Assembly (NCBI GenBank): GCA_003563385.1
Contig: PWRZ01000101.1
Coordinates: forward strand, 1 to 55,872
Direction of reading: 5' to 3'
DNA length: 55,872 nucleotides
Source of the DNA: Syntrophomonadaceae bacterium
GTDB taxonomy: Bacteria; Bacillota; Dethiobacteria; DTU022; UBA8154
The first letter of the stretch is position 1. Each line of letters begins with the position of its first letter. A program made the translations under genes and the position numbers. The notes below the pieces were generated by a model. It made no database searches and was not told the DNA's origin. It saw only the letters and a list, made by a program, of their open reading frames with translations. Below are positions 37,911 through 46,277 of the stretch, piece after piece.

Positions 37911-38591
37911 TTACTTTTCGCTCCTTTCCCCGAAAAGAGCGCTCCCCAGGCGGACGACATTGGCACCTTCCTCTACGGCGACCTCAAAGTCACTGCTCAT
38001 CCCCATGGAAAGATACTTCATCTGCACGCCGGGGACCGTAATATTTTTATAAATTTGAAAAAGCCGCCGGAAGTAAGGGCGTAGCTCTTCCGGCTCCGGC
38101 AAAAAAGGCGCAATGGCCATAAGTCCCAAAACCTTTAAGCTCTTATAACGGGCGGCCTCAATGAGAGCATCTTCCACCTCGTCGGGATGAAAACCGGACT
38201 TGCTCCTCTCCATGCCGACATTGACCTGCAGCAGGCAGTGTACCACTTTGTCCTGCTTTTCCCCTTCTTTCTGCAGCGCCCGCGCCAGCTTTCCGCGATC
38301 AAGCGAGTGGATAAGCTGGAAAGAAGGAAGCACGTACTTAACCTTGTTGGACTGCAGGTGTCCAATAAAATGCCATCGAATATCCGGCGGCAGTGACTTT
38401 ATTTTTGGTATGGCCTCCTGGACTCTATTCTCGCCAAAGTCCCTCAGCCCCAGTTTCCAGGCCTCCATTATCGCTTCCCGGGAAACGTCCTTGGTAACGG
38501 CAACGAGGTTTATCTCTCCAGGTGACGCGTTCCTCTTTGCGGCAGCCCTGGCCAGGCGTTTTTTTACCTCCTCCAGGTTGCTCTCCAGCAC
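37911..38591 (-). CDS. yggS: YggS/YlmE family pyridoxal-phosphate homeostasis protein
   Basis: VAVTK (PLP lysine), FGENRVQE, WHFIGHLQSNK, LSMGMSSDF and ANVVRLGSALFG. Confidence 0.93.
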   Translation of the reverse strand: MLESNLEEVKKRLARAAAKRNASPGEINLVAVTKDVSREAIMEAWKLGLRDFGENRVQEAIPKIKSLPPDIRWHFIGHLQSNKVKYVLPSFQLIHSLDRGKLARALQKEGEKQDKVVHCLLQVNVGMERSKSGFHPDEVEDALIEAARYKSLKVLGLMAIAPFLPEPEELRPYFRRLFQIYKNITVPGVQMKYLSMGMSSDFEVAVEEGANVVRLGSALFGERSEK

Positions 38592-38609
38592 CGGTTGTGG
38601 GCCCCTCCT

Positions 38610-39731
38610 TTACCAGAAAAAGCTTTGGCCTTCCTTGACCCTGGACGGATTTTTAACAACTCTCTCGTTGTGCTCCAGGTCGCCAACAAGAAAGTAGTCT
38701 TCCTTCTCAGCTATGACCGTTATTTCTCTAAAGTTGATTTTGCCGCCTTCCACTACATAGATACCTTCTACTCCGTCAACCTCCAGCAGTGAACCTGCAG
38801 GCACTACAACACCTTTCAAGGTATCGTAAACTATCTCCGCCTCGCTCCAGCGCTGCTCGAAAAAATTGCCCACCCGGCGGTCTATCTGCCAGGTTACCTC
38901 CACTTCTCCATGCTCATTACTGTTTACTTCCACCCTTTCACCCCATACCGGTGTCTCCGGGGCAAAGGAAAAATAAATGCGGTCGCTGGACTGCCCCGCG
39001 ATCAGCTCCCACTGCTCGAAAGTAATGACGGCGCTGAAATACCAGCGATAATTGTTCATGATTTTGATAATAGGCATCAAACGGTACACTCTTTCCCCGG
39101 AACCAAGCGCCCTGCCGCCGGGAAACTCTTCCGGGAGCTCGTCCTCCCTTAGATAAGGAAACTGGCTATGGGGCCCGTACTTCTCCCACCCGTCAATATG
39201 CAGGCTTACCAGGCCGGGCTGCGGGGCTTTCACCAACAATTCCCTGGTCACGGGAAAAAAGCCGGAGTAATCACTGTCTTCGTCACCCTGCAAAAACCAG
39301 TCTTTCACTTTTTGAGCATACCGGGCCACAGCCCTTTTTTCGTCTTCATGGGCGCTTCTTTCTTCCACGGGATAACCGGTTATTTGGGCCAGCACCTTGC
39401 CCGCCGAAACTCTTTTTCCTTCTTCTATATTATAATATACAAAACCGGCCTGGGGAGCAAGAACAATATCTTCTTCAAAAGTGAGCATTCCCCTTATAGA
39501 AAAGGGGACATCCATAGCATCCTCGTAAGACATAAAAGTCCTCACAGAAGTATAACCGATCGTTCCCCAGACCCATCCTGCCAGTATCTGGGCCAATAAA
39601 AAAAGTGCCAGCAAAAGCAGCAGAAAATAAATGGGCTTTCTGCTCAGGTCGGCCAGGCTCTTTACGGCAGTATCTTTGCCATGACCGCTGATCACTTTTA
39701 AATGGTCAGTCTTCCGGTTTTTTCCTCGCAT
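38610..39731 (-). CDS. membrane-anchored HlyD-like (membrane-fusion / barrel-sandwich) protein, function unknown
   Basis: One N-terminal TM (IYFLLLLLALFLLAQILAGWVW). A lipoyl-like hairpin APQAGFVYYNIEEGKRVSAGKVLAQI. A C-terminal beta-barrel pattern VVPAGSLLEVDGVEGIYVVEGGKINFREITVI...GDLEHNERVV. No pump or ABC partner is adjacent. Confidence 0.6.
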   Translation of the reverse strand: MRGKNRKTDHLKVISGHGKDTAVKSLADLSRKPIYFLLLLLALFLLAQILAGWVWGTIGYTSVRTFMSYEDAMDVPFSIRGMLTFEEDIVLAPQAGFVYYNIEEGKRVSAGKVLAQITGYPVEERSAHEDEKRAVARYAQKVKDWFLQGDEDSDYSGFFPVTRELLVKAPQPGLVSLHIDGWEKYGPHSQFPYLREDELPEEFPGGRALGSGERVYRLMPIIKIMNNYRWYFSAVITFEQWELIAGQSSDRIYFSFAPETPVWGERVEVNSNEHGEVEVTWQIDRRVGNFFEQRWSEAEIVYDTLKGVVVPAGSLLEVDGVEGIYVVEGGKINFREITVIAEKEDYFLVGDLEHNERVVKNPSRVKEGQSFFW

Positions 39732-39890
39732 TGGTCACCCGACCTCCAGGAACCGTCCCGACGGCAGCTGGGCAAAGTACCTCCTGCAGCGTCTGAGGCG
39801 TTGGTACAGAAACTGCCGTGCACAGCTGTTGCTGCCGGCAAAGCTGCCGGGTATGGCGATGCGCCCAGCGGAGTGCCCTGTGCAGTGCAC

Positions 39891-40661
39891 CTATGGAAGG
39901 AAAATAATCCCCATCAGGCTCCCTGTATGCCTGCCGCCTGCTCCCCTGTAAGAGTAAAAGAGGTGCTGGTTACATCTGGTGCAGTAATAGCTGACATGGA
40001 TATTTTCGCGGTTAACCCCGGCACCGCTCAGTATATTGCTGTTTGTCTTCCGTAAATCCAAAAAGGAATGCCCTTCCCTGAAACCGGGATAAAAAACTAC
40101 CTCCTTTTTCCACGGAGAGCCGCTGCATAAGTGGAGCACTTCGTCGCCGACTTCGTAACAGCAGGGACCTATAGAGGGCCCCATCAGTACCTGCAGGTCC
40201 TGCGGCTTCGTGTTGAAAGAATAACGAAAGACTTCAATCACGCGGGACAGTATACCCATGCACGACCCCCGCCAACCGGCATGGGCTATTCCTACCGCCG
40301 GTACAGCAGCATCCCAGAACAAAGCCAGCAGGCAGTCCGCAGAAAAAGCCCCCAGCACGGCCCCGCGTTCAGCGGTTACCAGTGCATCCACACCTGGAAA
40401 CTCTCTTTCCCGCCGTCGAAAAGCGGCCCTGTCAACGGTACAAACTGCTGTCCCGTGCACCTGTTCCCCCGAATAAAGCTCCTCCTCGTTTTTGGCCCAT
40501 ATTTTTAAAAAACGGGCCCGCTCTTCCCGGTCCACATCCGGCCTTTCATTATTATTTTTACGCGCCGAAAACCCGTGTTTAACAAGCCCGGTTTTTTCCC
40601 AGGCAGGCAGAAAAAAGTACTTCAGCCCTTCTTTTTGGGAGGTAATGAGGGGTTCTTTCAT
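39891..40661 (-). CDS. pgeF: peptidoglycan editing factor PgeF (YlmD/YfiH, laccase-domain protein)
   Basis: HGFSAR, QVHGTAV, DALVT, ADCLLALF, GIAHAGWRG and GPSIGPCCYEVG. Confidence 0.9.
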   Translation of the reverse strand: MKEPLITSQKEGLKYFFLPAWEKTGLVKHGFSARKNNNERPDVDREERARFLKIWAKNEEELYSGEQVHGTAVCTVDRAAFRRREREFPGVDALVTAERGAVLGAFSADCLLALFWDAAVPAVGIAHAGWRGSCMGILSRVIEVFRYSFNTKPQDLQVLMGPSIGPCCYEVGDEVLHLCSGSPWKKEVVFYPGFREGHSFLDLRKTNSNILSGAGVNRENIHVSYYCTRCNQHLFYSYRGAGGRHTGSLMGIIFLP

Positions 40662-42526
40662 TTAACCTTCTCCTCGTTAAATGAACCGATACGAGCATAA
40701 CCGATACCGGCATCAAAAAGCCCGGACATTGCTTCAAGGGCTCTTTGGGGGTGCATACCGGCAGGAAACAGCAGCCTGGTAGAATGACCGGCGGTGCAGA
40801 AGCGGTGCATTTTCCCCTCCAGGGCAAGGCCTTGCTCAAAACAGCGCCCATCTTCAGAGAGGACAAACGAGGAGCTGTAAGAGCGGCGGTCCGTTACTCC
40901 TTTGAAAACACCAAAGTCCTGCCTGTCTTTTTCTGCAAACAGCCGCAGCAGTTCCTCGTCCTCGATACAGGAAAGCCCCATGTTTAAATCATATTCGCCG
41001 GCAAATGATTTTACCCTCCTGGACATGCGTTCAACTATGTCCAGTGCCAGGCGGTAGCTGTACTCGCTTTTCCCGGGGCTGCCGCCTGTTAAAACAAGGA
41101 CAGCTTCCGGCAGCCCGGCAAAATTAATGGTTACCATCCCGTTCTGCACCGATTCCTTGATACTGTCGTCGGGAGAAAGTCTTTCACTGCCCATGTACAG
41201 CCCGCTCATTAAAAAAGGAAGGTCCCTGCATTTGAGAACGGCCAGCACCTCAAAACGGTGCAGCAGCTGTCGCAACGCCATTTGTAGAAGCCTGTCCAGC
41301 TCCACGAAAAACAAGTCTTCCTTCATCGTTAAAAGAGCCAGGCGCGGGAGGTTAATGGAAATAGAAGCCACGTTGCCCCTCTTTTTCCCACCGGCCTTTC
41401 CGTGCCTGTTTTCTGCTACCCTGAGCCCGCTGCTGAAATAACAGGCACCATTGGAATGGGCAAAAGAAAATGAGGGCCTGCCTTTTTTTAAAGCCGTATC
41501 CACGGCCTTGCTGTAAAGATCGAAGTTTGCATCATCAGGGTGCAGGTTTACACCTTTCCCTACGGTAAAAATGACCTGGGGCCAGTGCCCCGTTCTACTG
41601 CTTTCATCGGCAATCTCTTCCAGAATTATAGCGGTAAGCTCCCTGCCCTGATCGGTTGTATCGAGGCCCACTTCAATGCTGCATTTGGGGGCGCCGCCTT
41701 CCATGGAGAATGGAAGAGCGCTTAAATAGGAAAAAAAGCTTCTGAGGCAGCTTTCCAGTCCACCGGGATAATCTTTTTCCCCCAAACGGCGCAGCAAAGA
41801 AGAGACAACACTGTCAAAATGAGGCAGTGACTGCTCCCCGTACAGGTCGCCCTGGCATTTTTGTATTACCAGGGCCACTCCAAGGAAAGCGGAGACAATA
41901 TCTCCCGGGGGGGGCTGGTAAGCCCCGTCCAAAAAGAAACCTTCCTGCAGCAGGGGAAACAGGTCCAAATGCAGGGAGTCAAGGGATTTGCTGTAATAAC
42001 CGAGGCTGTGTACGTGGCAGCTGCCGGCCTGGTGTGCCGCAGCTATGTCCGCGGGAAGCAGGTTGTCCAGGTAATACTTTTGACTGGCGGCCAGTGCTAT
42101 GCGGTGCAACTTTTCCGCGGGAGAGCAGCACAGCTCTTCGACGTCGCTGCGCTGCCCCTCCAGGAGAATATCTTTTACAACATCCATCAGCTCGGACCGG
42201 GCCTCTCTTATGCGCGTTCTTTTGGCACGGTAGAGTATGTATGCTTTTGCGGTGCGTGCATGACCTTCCTCGATAAGCACCTTTTCGACAACGTCCTGGA
42301 TTTCTTCCACTGAAGGCATTATCACCTTCGGCCTTTTACGTGATAAAAACTGAATAACTTCTCCGGTTAGCTTCTCTGCCAGGGAGTAATCCTCCCCGCC
42401 GACGGCCCTGGCCGCTTTGAAAATGGCCTCCGTTATTTTTGGAGCGTCAAAAGGAACTATTCTGCCATCGCGTTTCCTGATCTCTTGAAAAGGCAGAGTC
42501 GGATCTTCCTTCAAACAATCACCCAT
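40658..42526 (-). CDS. ATP-cone protein with a class III ribonucleotide reductase (NrdD)-like core but no recognisable C-terminal glycyl-radical/Zn-ribbon module
   Basis: ATP-cone: IRKRDGRIVPFDAPKITEAI...AKAYILYR. NrdD-like blocks: GSCHVHSL, YGEQSLPHFD and KRGNVASISINLPRLAL. It ends ...DAGIGYARIGSFNEEKVK, and the TGA overlaps the pgeF ATG (ATGA). Confidence 0.72.
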   Translation of the reverse strand: MGDCLKEDPTLPFQEIRKRDGRIVPFDAPKITEAIFKAARAVGGEDYSLAEKLTGEVIQFLSRKRPKVIMPSVEEIQDVVEKVLIEEGHARTAKAYILYRAKRTRIREARSELMDVVKDILLEGQRSDVEELCCSPAEKLHRIALAASQKYYLDNLLPADIAAAHQAGSCHVHSLGYYSKSLDSLHLDLFPLLQEGFFLDGAYQPPPGDIVSAFLGVALVIQKCQGDLYGEQSLPHFDSVVSSLLRRLGEKDYPGGLESCLRSFFSYLSALPFSMEGGAPKCSIEVGLDTTDQGRELTAIILEEIADESSRTGHWPQVIFTVGKGVNLHPDDANFDLYSKAVDTALKKGRPSFSFAHSNGACYFSSGLRVAENRHGKAGGKKRGNVASISINLPRLALLTMKEDLFFVELDRLLQMALRQLLHRFEVLAVLKCRDLPFLMSGLYMGSERLSPDDSIKESVQNGMVTINFAGLPEAVLVLTGGSPGKSEYSYRLALDIVERMSRRVKSFAGEYDLNMGLSCIEDEELLRLFAEKDRQDFGVFKGVTDRRSYSSSFVLSEDGRCFEQGLALEGKMHRFCTAGHSTRLLFPAGMHPQRALEAMSGLFDAGIGYARIGSFNEEKVK

Positions 42527-42530
42527 TTCT

Positions 42531-43001
42531 CTAACTTCCGCAGCCCCTGGAATAAACTACCTGCTCAAGGGCTTCCTTGAATGCTTCAATGTCCCTGTAC
42601 TGGTGAAAAACAGAGGCGTAGCGTACATAGGCAACGTCATCGATCTGCAGCAATTTTTCCAGCACGCGGTGCCCGATCTCTTTGGAAGTTATTTCCTGGA
42701 CATCACTGCTGCGAATTTCCCTTTCCACTTCCTCCACTATGTTTTGGAAAGTCTGCATTGCTATCTGTCTCTTCCCACCGGCACGGATAAGGCCTTCCAT
42801 TATTTTGTTTCTATTAAAAAGCTGCTTGCGCCCATCTTTTTTTATAACATAAAGGGGGATTCCTTCTATTATTTCAAATGTGGTAAACTGCTTGTTGCAC
42901 TGCAGGCACTCCCTGCGCCTGCGAACGGATTCACCTTCGTCAACGGAACGGGTATCAACAACCTTGCTTTCATATTCTCCACAGTAAGGGCATCTCATCA
43001 T
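42531..43001 (-). CDS. nrdR: transcriptional repressor NrdR
   Basis: MMRCPYCGEYESKVVDTR...RRRECLQCNKQFTTFE zinc ribbon followed by an ATP-cone. Confidence 0.96.
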   Translation of the reverse strand: MMRCPYCGEYESKVVDTRSVDEGESVRRRRECLQCNKQFTTFEIIEGIPLYVIKKDGRKQLFNRNKIMEGLIRAGGKRQIAMQTFQNIVEEVEREIRSSDVQEITSKEIGHRVLEKLLQIDDVAYVRYASVFHQYRDIEAFKEALEQVVYSRGCGS

Positions 43002-43040
43002 GGCAGGCAGTCCTCCTTAACCTCGTCCTCTAACAAATTC

Positions 43041-43069
43041 ATTATATAATAACGGCACCGCTATGTCCA
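43041..43069 (-). promoter_or_regulatory. candidate sigma-A promoter for nrdR
   Basis: Minus strand TGGACA - 17 nt - TATAAT. The -10 lies 40 nt upstream of the nrdR ATG, and AAGGAGG serves as SD. Confidence 0.6.
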
Positions 43070-43077
43070 TCGGGCTT

Positions 43078-43332
43078 TCAGGCTTTTTCTTCATCATCTG
43101 CGGGAAAGTCTACCAGGATGGTATCGACACCGACCCTTACAATTTTGTCCCACGATATTGTAATATCATGCTTGCGGCCTATAACACCCATAAAACCGCC
43201 GCTTCCAGGTATAATTATGGCCTTGACGGTGCCGTTTTCCACATCTATATCGACATCACTTATAACGCCCAATCTCCTGCCGTCATTAACATTGACCACG
43301 TCCCTGTCACGCAGATCACCGATGCGTACCAT
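43078..43332 (-). CDS. ylmC: YlmC/YmxH family sporulation protein (PRC-barrel)
   Basis: 84 aa with IGDLRDRDVVNVNDGRRLGVISDVDIDVENGTVKAIIIPG...ISWDKIVRVGVDTILV. Confidence 0.88.
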   Translation of the reverse strand: MVRIGDLRDRDVVNVNDGRRLGVISDVDIDVENGTVKAIIIPGSGGFMGVIGRKHDITISWDKIVRVGVDTILVDFPADDEEKA

Positions 43333-43391
43333 GAAGCAACCCTCCTTAAACCTTTTCTAGTATTATATTACATTTCTAGGGCGCATGCATA

Positions 43392-43426
43392 GCAAAAAGC
43401 CGACCGGTCTATAACCGGGCGGCTTG
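43392..43426 (-). terminator. rho-independent terminator after sigG and the small ORF
   Basis: Minus strand AAGCCGCCCGGT-tatag-ACCGGTCGGCTT (12-bp stem with one internal mismatch) followed by TTTGCT. Confidence 0.7.
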
Positions 43427-43494
43427 CTGACCGCCAGTATTTGTCCGCATTTGCAGTACAACCGCATGTGCATGTGCAGTACATCCGGCTGGCG

Positions 43495-43716
43495 CTAAAA
43501 AGTTCTCCGGTAGTCGTACTGGCTGCCGATAAAACTGTTTATATCTCCCCGCTGCTGGGCCATCCTTTCCACGACACTCATTCTTCCCAGGTTGTTCAGG
43601 TTATAAGCCGTTACTACCTCTTCTTCAGGCAGGGCAGCAGGCAAAATGCCTGTAAACAGGCAGTATACAAGCAGCAGCGACAGAAAGTTTCTCATTATTA
43701 AGACGAACCTGTTCAC
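43495..43716 (-). CDS. small hypothetical protein with an N-terminal signal peptide or TM segment
   Basis: 73 aa. GTG start with AGGGAGG 7 nt upstream. N-terminus MNRFVLIMRNFLSLLLVYCLFTGILPAALP, then a polar 43-aa tail. No terminator separates it from sigG. No family recognised. Confidence 0.5.
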   Translation of the reverse strand: MNRFVLIMRNFLSLLLVYCLFTGILPAALPEEEVVTAYNLNNLGRMSVVERMAQQRGDINSFIGSQYDYRRTF

Positions 43717-43763
43717 GCTGTTACCTCCCTGTGCGGCTAATATTTTTAAGCTCCTTCGGTAAG

Positions 43764-44543
43764 CTAATGCATGTGTTTTCGCAGCTGGCCCAGTGCAGAC
43801 TTTTCCAGCCGCGAAACCTGTGCCTGTGAAATTCCAATTTCATCGGCCACCTCCATCTGTGTCTTGCCGCGGTAAAAGCGGAGCGTTAAAATAAGCTTTT
43901 CCCTGTCGCTCAGCTTCTGCAGGGCATCTTTAATGGAGATCACCTCAAGCCATTTCTCGTCACGGTTTTTTTCATCGCTTATCTGGTCCATAACAAAAAT
44001 GGGGTCTCCACCATCGTGGTAAATGGGCTCAAACAGGGAAACGGGTTCCTGTATAGAGTCAAGGGCCAGGATGATCTCTTCCCTGCTAAAATCAAGCTCG
44101 GCCGCTATCTCATCCAGGGTTGGTTCCCTTGATATTTTGTGCGCCAACTGGTCTCTTACCTGCAGGACCTTGTAGGCGATATCACGGAGCGACCTGCTTA
44201 CCCTCACCGGCGTATTATCCCTGAGGTAGCGCCGTATTTCGCCAATAATCATGGGCACCGCATACGTTGAAAATTTAACATTTTGACCGAGGTCGAAATT
44301 ATCAATAGCCTTTATAAGCCCGATACACCCAACCTGGAAAAGGTCATCAACCAGTTCTCCCCTGTTGTTGAAGCGCTGTATAACGCTCAATACCAGTCTC
44401 AGGTTGCCGTTTACCAGCTTTTTCCTTGCCTCTTCGTCTCCCGCGCTCATCCGGGCAAACAAATGGCGCATCTCCTTGTTGGTCAAAACAGGAAGTTTAG
44501 CTGTATTTACTCCGCAGATCTCTACTTTGTTCACTGGAGGCAT
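43764..44543 (-). CDS. sigG: sporulation sigma factor SigG
   Basis: N-terminus MPPVNKVEICGVNTAKLPVLTNKEMRHLF closely parallels B. subtilis SigG. Sigma-70 regions 2-4 are present. Confidence 0.95.
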   Translation of the reverse strand: MPPVNKVEICGVNTAKLPVLTNKEMRHLFARMSAGDEEARKKLVNGNLRLVLSVIQRFNNRGELVDDLFQVGCIGLIKAIDNFDLGQNVKFSTYAVPMIIGEIRRYLRDNTPVRVSRSLRDIAYKVLQVRDQLAHKISREPTLDEIAAELDFSREEIILALDSIQEPVSLFEPIYHDGGDPIFVMDQISDEKNRDEKWLEVISIKDALQKLSDREKLILTLRFYRGKTQMEVADEIGISQAQVSRLEKSALGQLRKHMH

Positions 44544-44574
44544 CCTCCCGGCATAAACCTTTTACTTATTATCA

Positions 44575-44602
44575 AGTATTTCCCGGGGGACATTATTTAT
44601 AC
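44575..44602 (-). promoter_or_regulatory. possible forespore (sigma-F/G type) promoter for sigG
   Basis: Minus strand GTATA - 13 nt - GGGAAATACT resembles the GYATA / GGnnAnAHTR forespore consensus, although the spacer is 1-2 nt short. It sits in the 69-nt sigE-sigG gap. Confidence 0.3.
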
Positions 44603-44612
44603 CGTTGAAGGG

Positions 44613-45359
44613 CTATTCCATTTTATTGATTTCTTTTTTCAGTCTTTTAATAATTTTTTTCTCCAGCCTCGATATGTATGACTGCGATATGCCCAGCATC
44701 TCGGCCACCTCTTTCTGGGTCATCTCTTTGCCATCCCGCAGACCGAAGCGCATCTCCATGATTTTCCTTTCCCGGCAGCTCAGTTTTTCCATGGCCATGT
44801 ATAAGAGCTTGCGGTCTACTTCTTCTTCCAGGTTTCGAATGACAAGGTCATTTTCAGTCCCCAGCACATCGGAAAGCAGCAGCTCGTTGCCGTCCCAGTC
44901 CACGTTAAGAGGTTCATCTATCGATATTTCCACTTTAAGTTTGTTGTTTCGGCGCAGGTACATCAAAATTTCGTTTTCTATACACTTTGAAGCATAGGTG
45001 GCCAACTTGATATTTTTGTGCGGGTCGAAAGTATTTACCGCTTTAATAAGACCTATCGTCCCGATGGAAACCAGGTCATCCACTGCCACACCGGTGTTTT
45101 CAAATTTGCGCGCTATATATACCACCAGCCGCAGGTTGCGCTCTATTAAAGTGCCCCTTACCTCGTTTTCACCGGCCTTGAGGCGATTTAAAAGATCGCT
45201 TTCCTCCACGCGGGTAAGAGGCGGGGGCAGAGCCTTACTGTTGCTGACATAGTAAATTATTTTTCCGCAGGCAGTACCGAACCTGCGGCCCCACAGCAGC
45301 AGCAATATTTTCAGTTTGTATCTTGGAGGTAAAAGATTTTTCAACTGTCTGAACCCCAT
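44613..45359 (-). CDS. sigE: sporulation sigma factor SigE (pro-sigma-E)
   Basis: The pro-sequence followed by [14 protein letters not shown] parallels B. subtilis pro-sigma-E (YYIGGSEALPPPLS). Sigma-70 regions 2-4 are present. Confidence 0.95.
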   Translation of the reverse strand: MGFRQLKNLLPPRYKLKILLLLWGRRFGTACGKIIYYVSNSKALPPPLTRVEESDLLNRLKAGENEVRGTLIERNLRLVVYIARKFENTGVAVDDLVSIGTIGLIKAVNTFDPHKNIKLATYASKCIENEILMYLRRNNKLKVEISIDEPLNVDWDGNELLLSDVLGTENDLVIRNLEEEVDRKLLYMAMEKLSCRERKIMEMRFGLRDGKEMTQKEVAEMLGISQSYISRLEKKIIKRLKKEINKME

Positions 45360-45362
45360 TTT

Positions 45363-46277
45363 TTATCCGGTTTCACCCGCAGCCCGCCAGGCCTCCAGGG
45401 GAAGGAGCATTTCATAATCAGCTCCGGCACTGGACTGCCCGTTTAGGACAGCCACTGTAAGGCCGCCTTTGAAGGCCTGCCTGCCGTCAGTCCGGCACAG
45501 CTCCACCGTCTCGGGACGGAAAGCAAGGAGCAGGCCCTTTTCATTCAACGAGCGGTACGGTACCAGGCAGTAGCGGGAAGGGTCCTGCACTTCGGCCAGA
45601 AATTTCTGCAGCTCCAGCCAGTCAAGCTTCTTCTCTTCCTGTAACAGAACACGCATGCCTGCGGGGAGCAGCTCTTTGACGGCCCAGTATGGAGCTACGG
45701 CCACAGGAGACCCCGAATATGGCTCTTTTAACATGTTCCCTGTATCCAAAAAGGCGGAAAGCTTGATTCTTTTACCCCCAAAGCCGATTACCACGGGCAC
45801 ACTGGTAGAAGGAAGCCGGAAGTTTAGTTTCTCCACCATAACACCGCCCATCCTGCTGGCGGCGGTGTAAAGCAGTACCCCAGCCAGAAACAAATGTGGC
45901 AGTGAAGGAGCATGGAGCTGGAAGGCGGCACCCGGTAAATAAACCGGAAAATCAACCCAGAGGCTTACAGCAAGAACAAGACCGCCCATGGCAAAAGAAC
46001 AGAGATAAAAGAGCACAAACATTATCGCGCCGTCACTGCGGTTTCGCGGATTAAAAGCAAGCACCACCATACCCAGCGGCAGCAGCGTCTTCCCAATCCA
46101 GCTAAAAATAAGCGGGTTAGGTGGCAGAACAAAAAAAATAATATACGCCGCCCCAAGCACTGAAGCCGCCGCCAGCCTGCCTGCCGTAGCTTTCCGGCGG
46201 GCAATTAAGCCGGTTATTTTAAGGAGAAAGAAATTGACCGCAAAATTGAGCGCCATTACCAGGTCAAGGTAGATCAT
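45363..46277 (-). CDS. spoIIGA: sigma-E processing peptidase SpoIIGA
   Basis: Five N-terminal TM helices (MIYLDLVMALNFAVNFFLL...). A C-terminal aspartic protease domain with FLDTGN. Lies immediately upstream of sigE. Confidence 0.92.
   Translation of the reverse strand: MIYLDLVMALNFAVNFFLLKITGLIARRKATAGRLAAASVLGAAYIIFFVLPPNPLIFSWIGKTLLPLGMVVLAFNPRNRSDGAIMFVLFYLCSFAMGGLVLAVSLWVDFPVYLPGAAFQLHAPSLPHLFLAGVLLYTAASRMGGVMVEKLNFRLPSTSVPVVIGFGGKRIKLSAFLDTGNMLKEPYSGSPVAVAPYWAVKELLPAGMRVLLQEEKKLDWLELQKFLAEVQDPSRYCLVPYRSLNEKGLLLAFRPETVELCRTDGRQAFKGGLTVAVLNGQSSAGADYEMLLPLEAWRAAGETG

Noticed and set aside
39888-39893. The pgeF TAG read as a recoded (pyrrolysine or read-through) codon, given the in-frame open extension.
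   Set aside because: TAG is an ordinary stop here. I read it directly at the ends of at least 12 genes in this window: mutM, ribE, DUF116, remA, the ATPase, rqcH, divIVA, pgeF, nrdR, the small ORF, sigG and sigE. No pyl genes or PYLIS-like context are visible.
43038-43052. The near-palindrome TTATTATATAATGAA overlapping the nrdR -10, considered as an NrdR box (autoregulation).
   Set aside because: It matches only about 10 of 16 positions of the remembered acaCwAtATaTwGtgt consensus and lacks the key C/G positions. AT-rich -10 regions give such pseudo-palindromes by chance.
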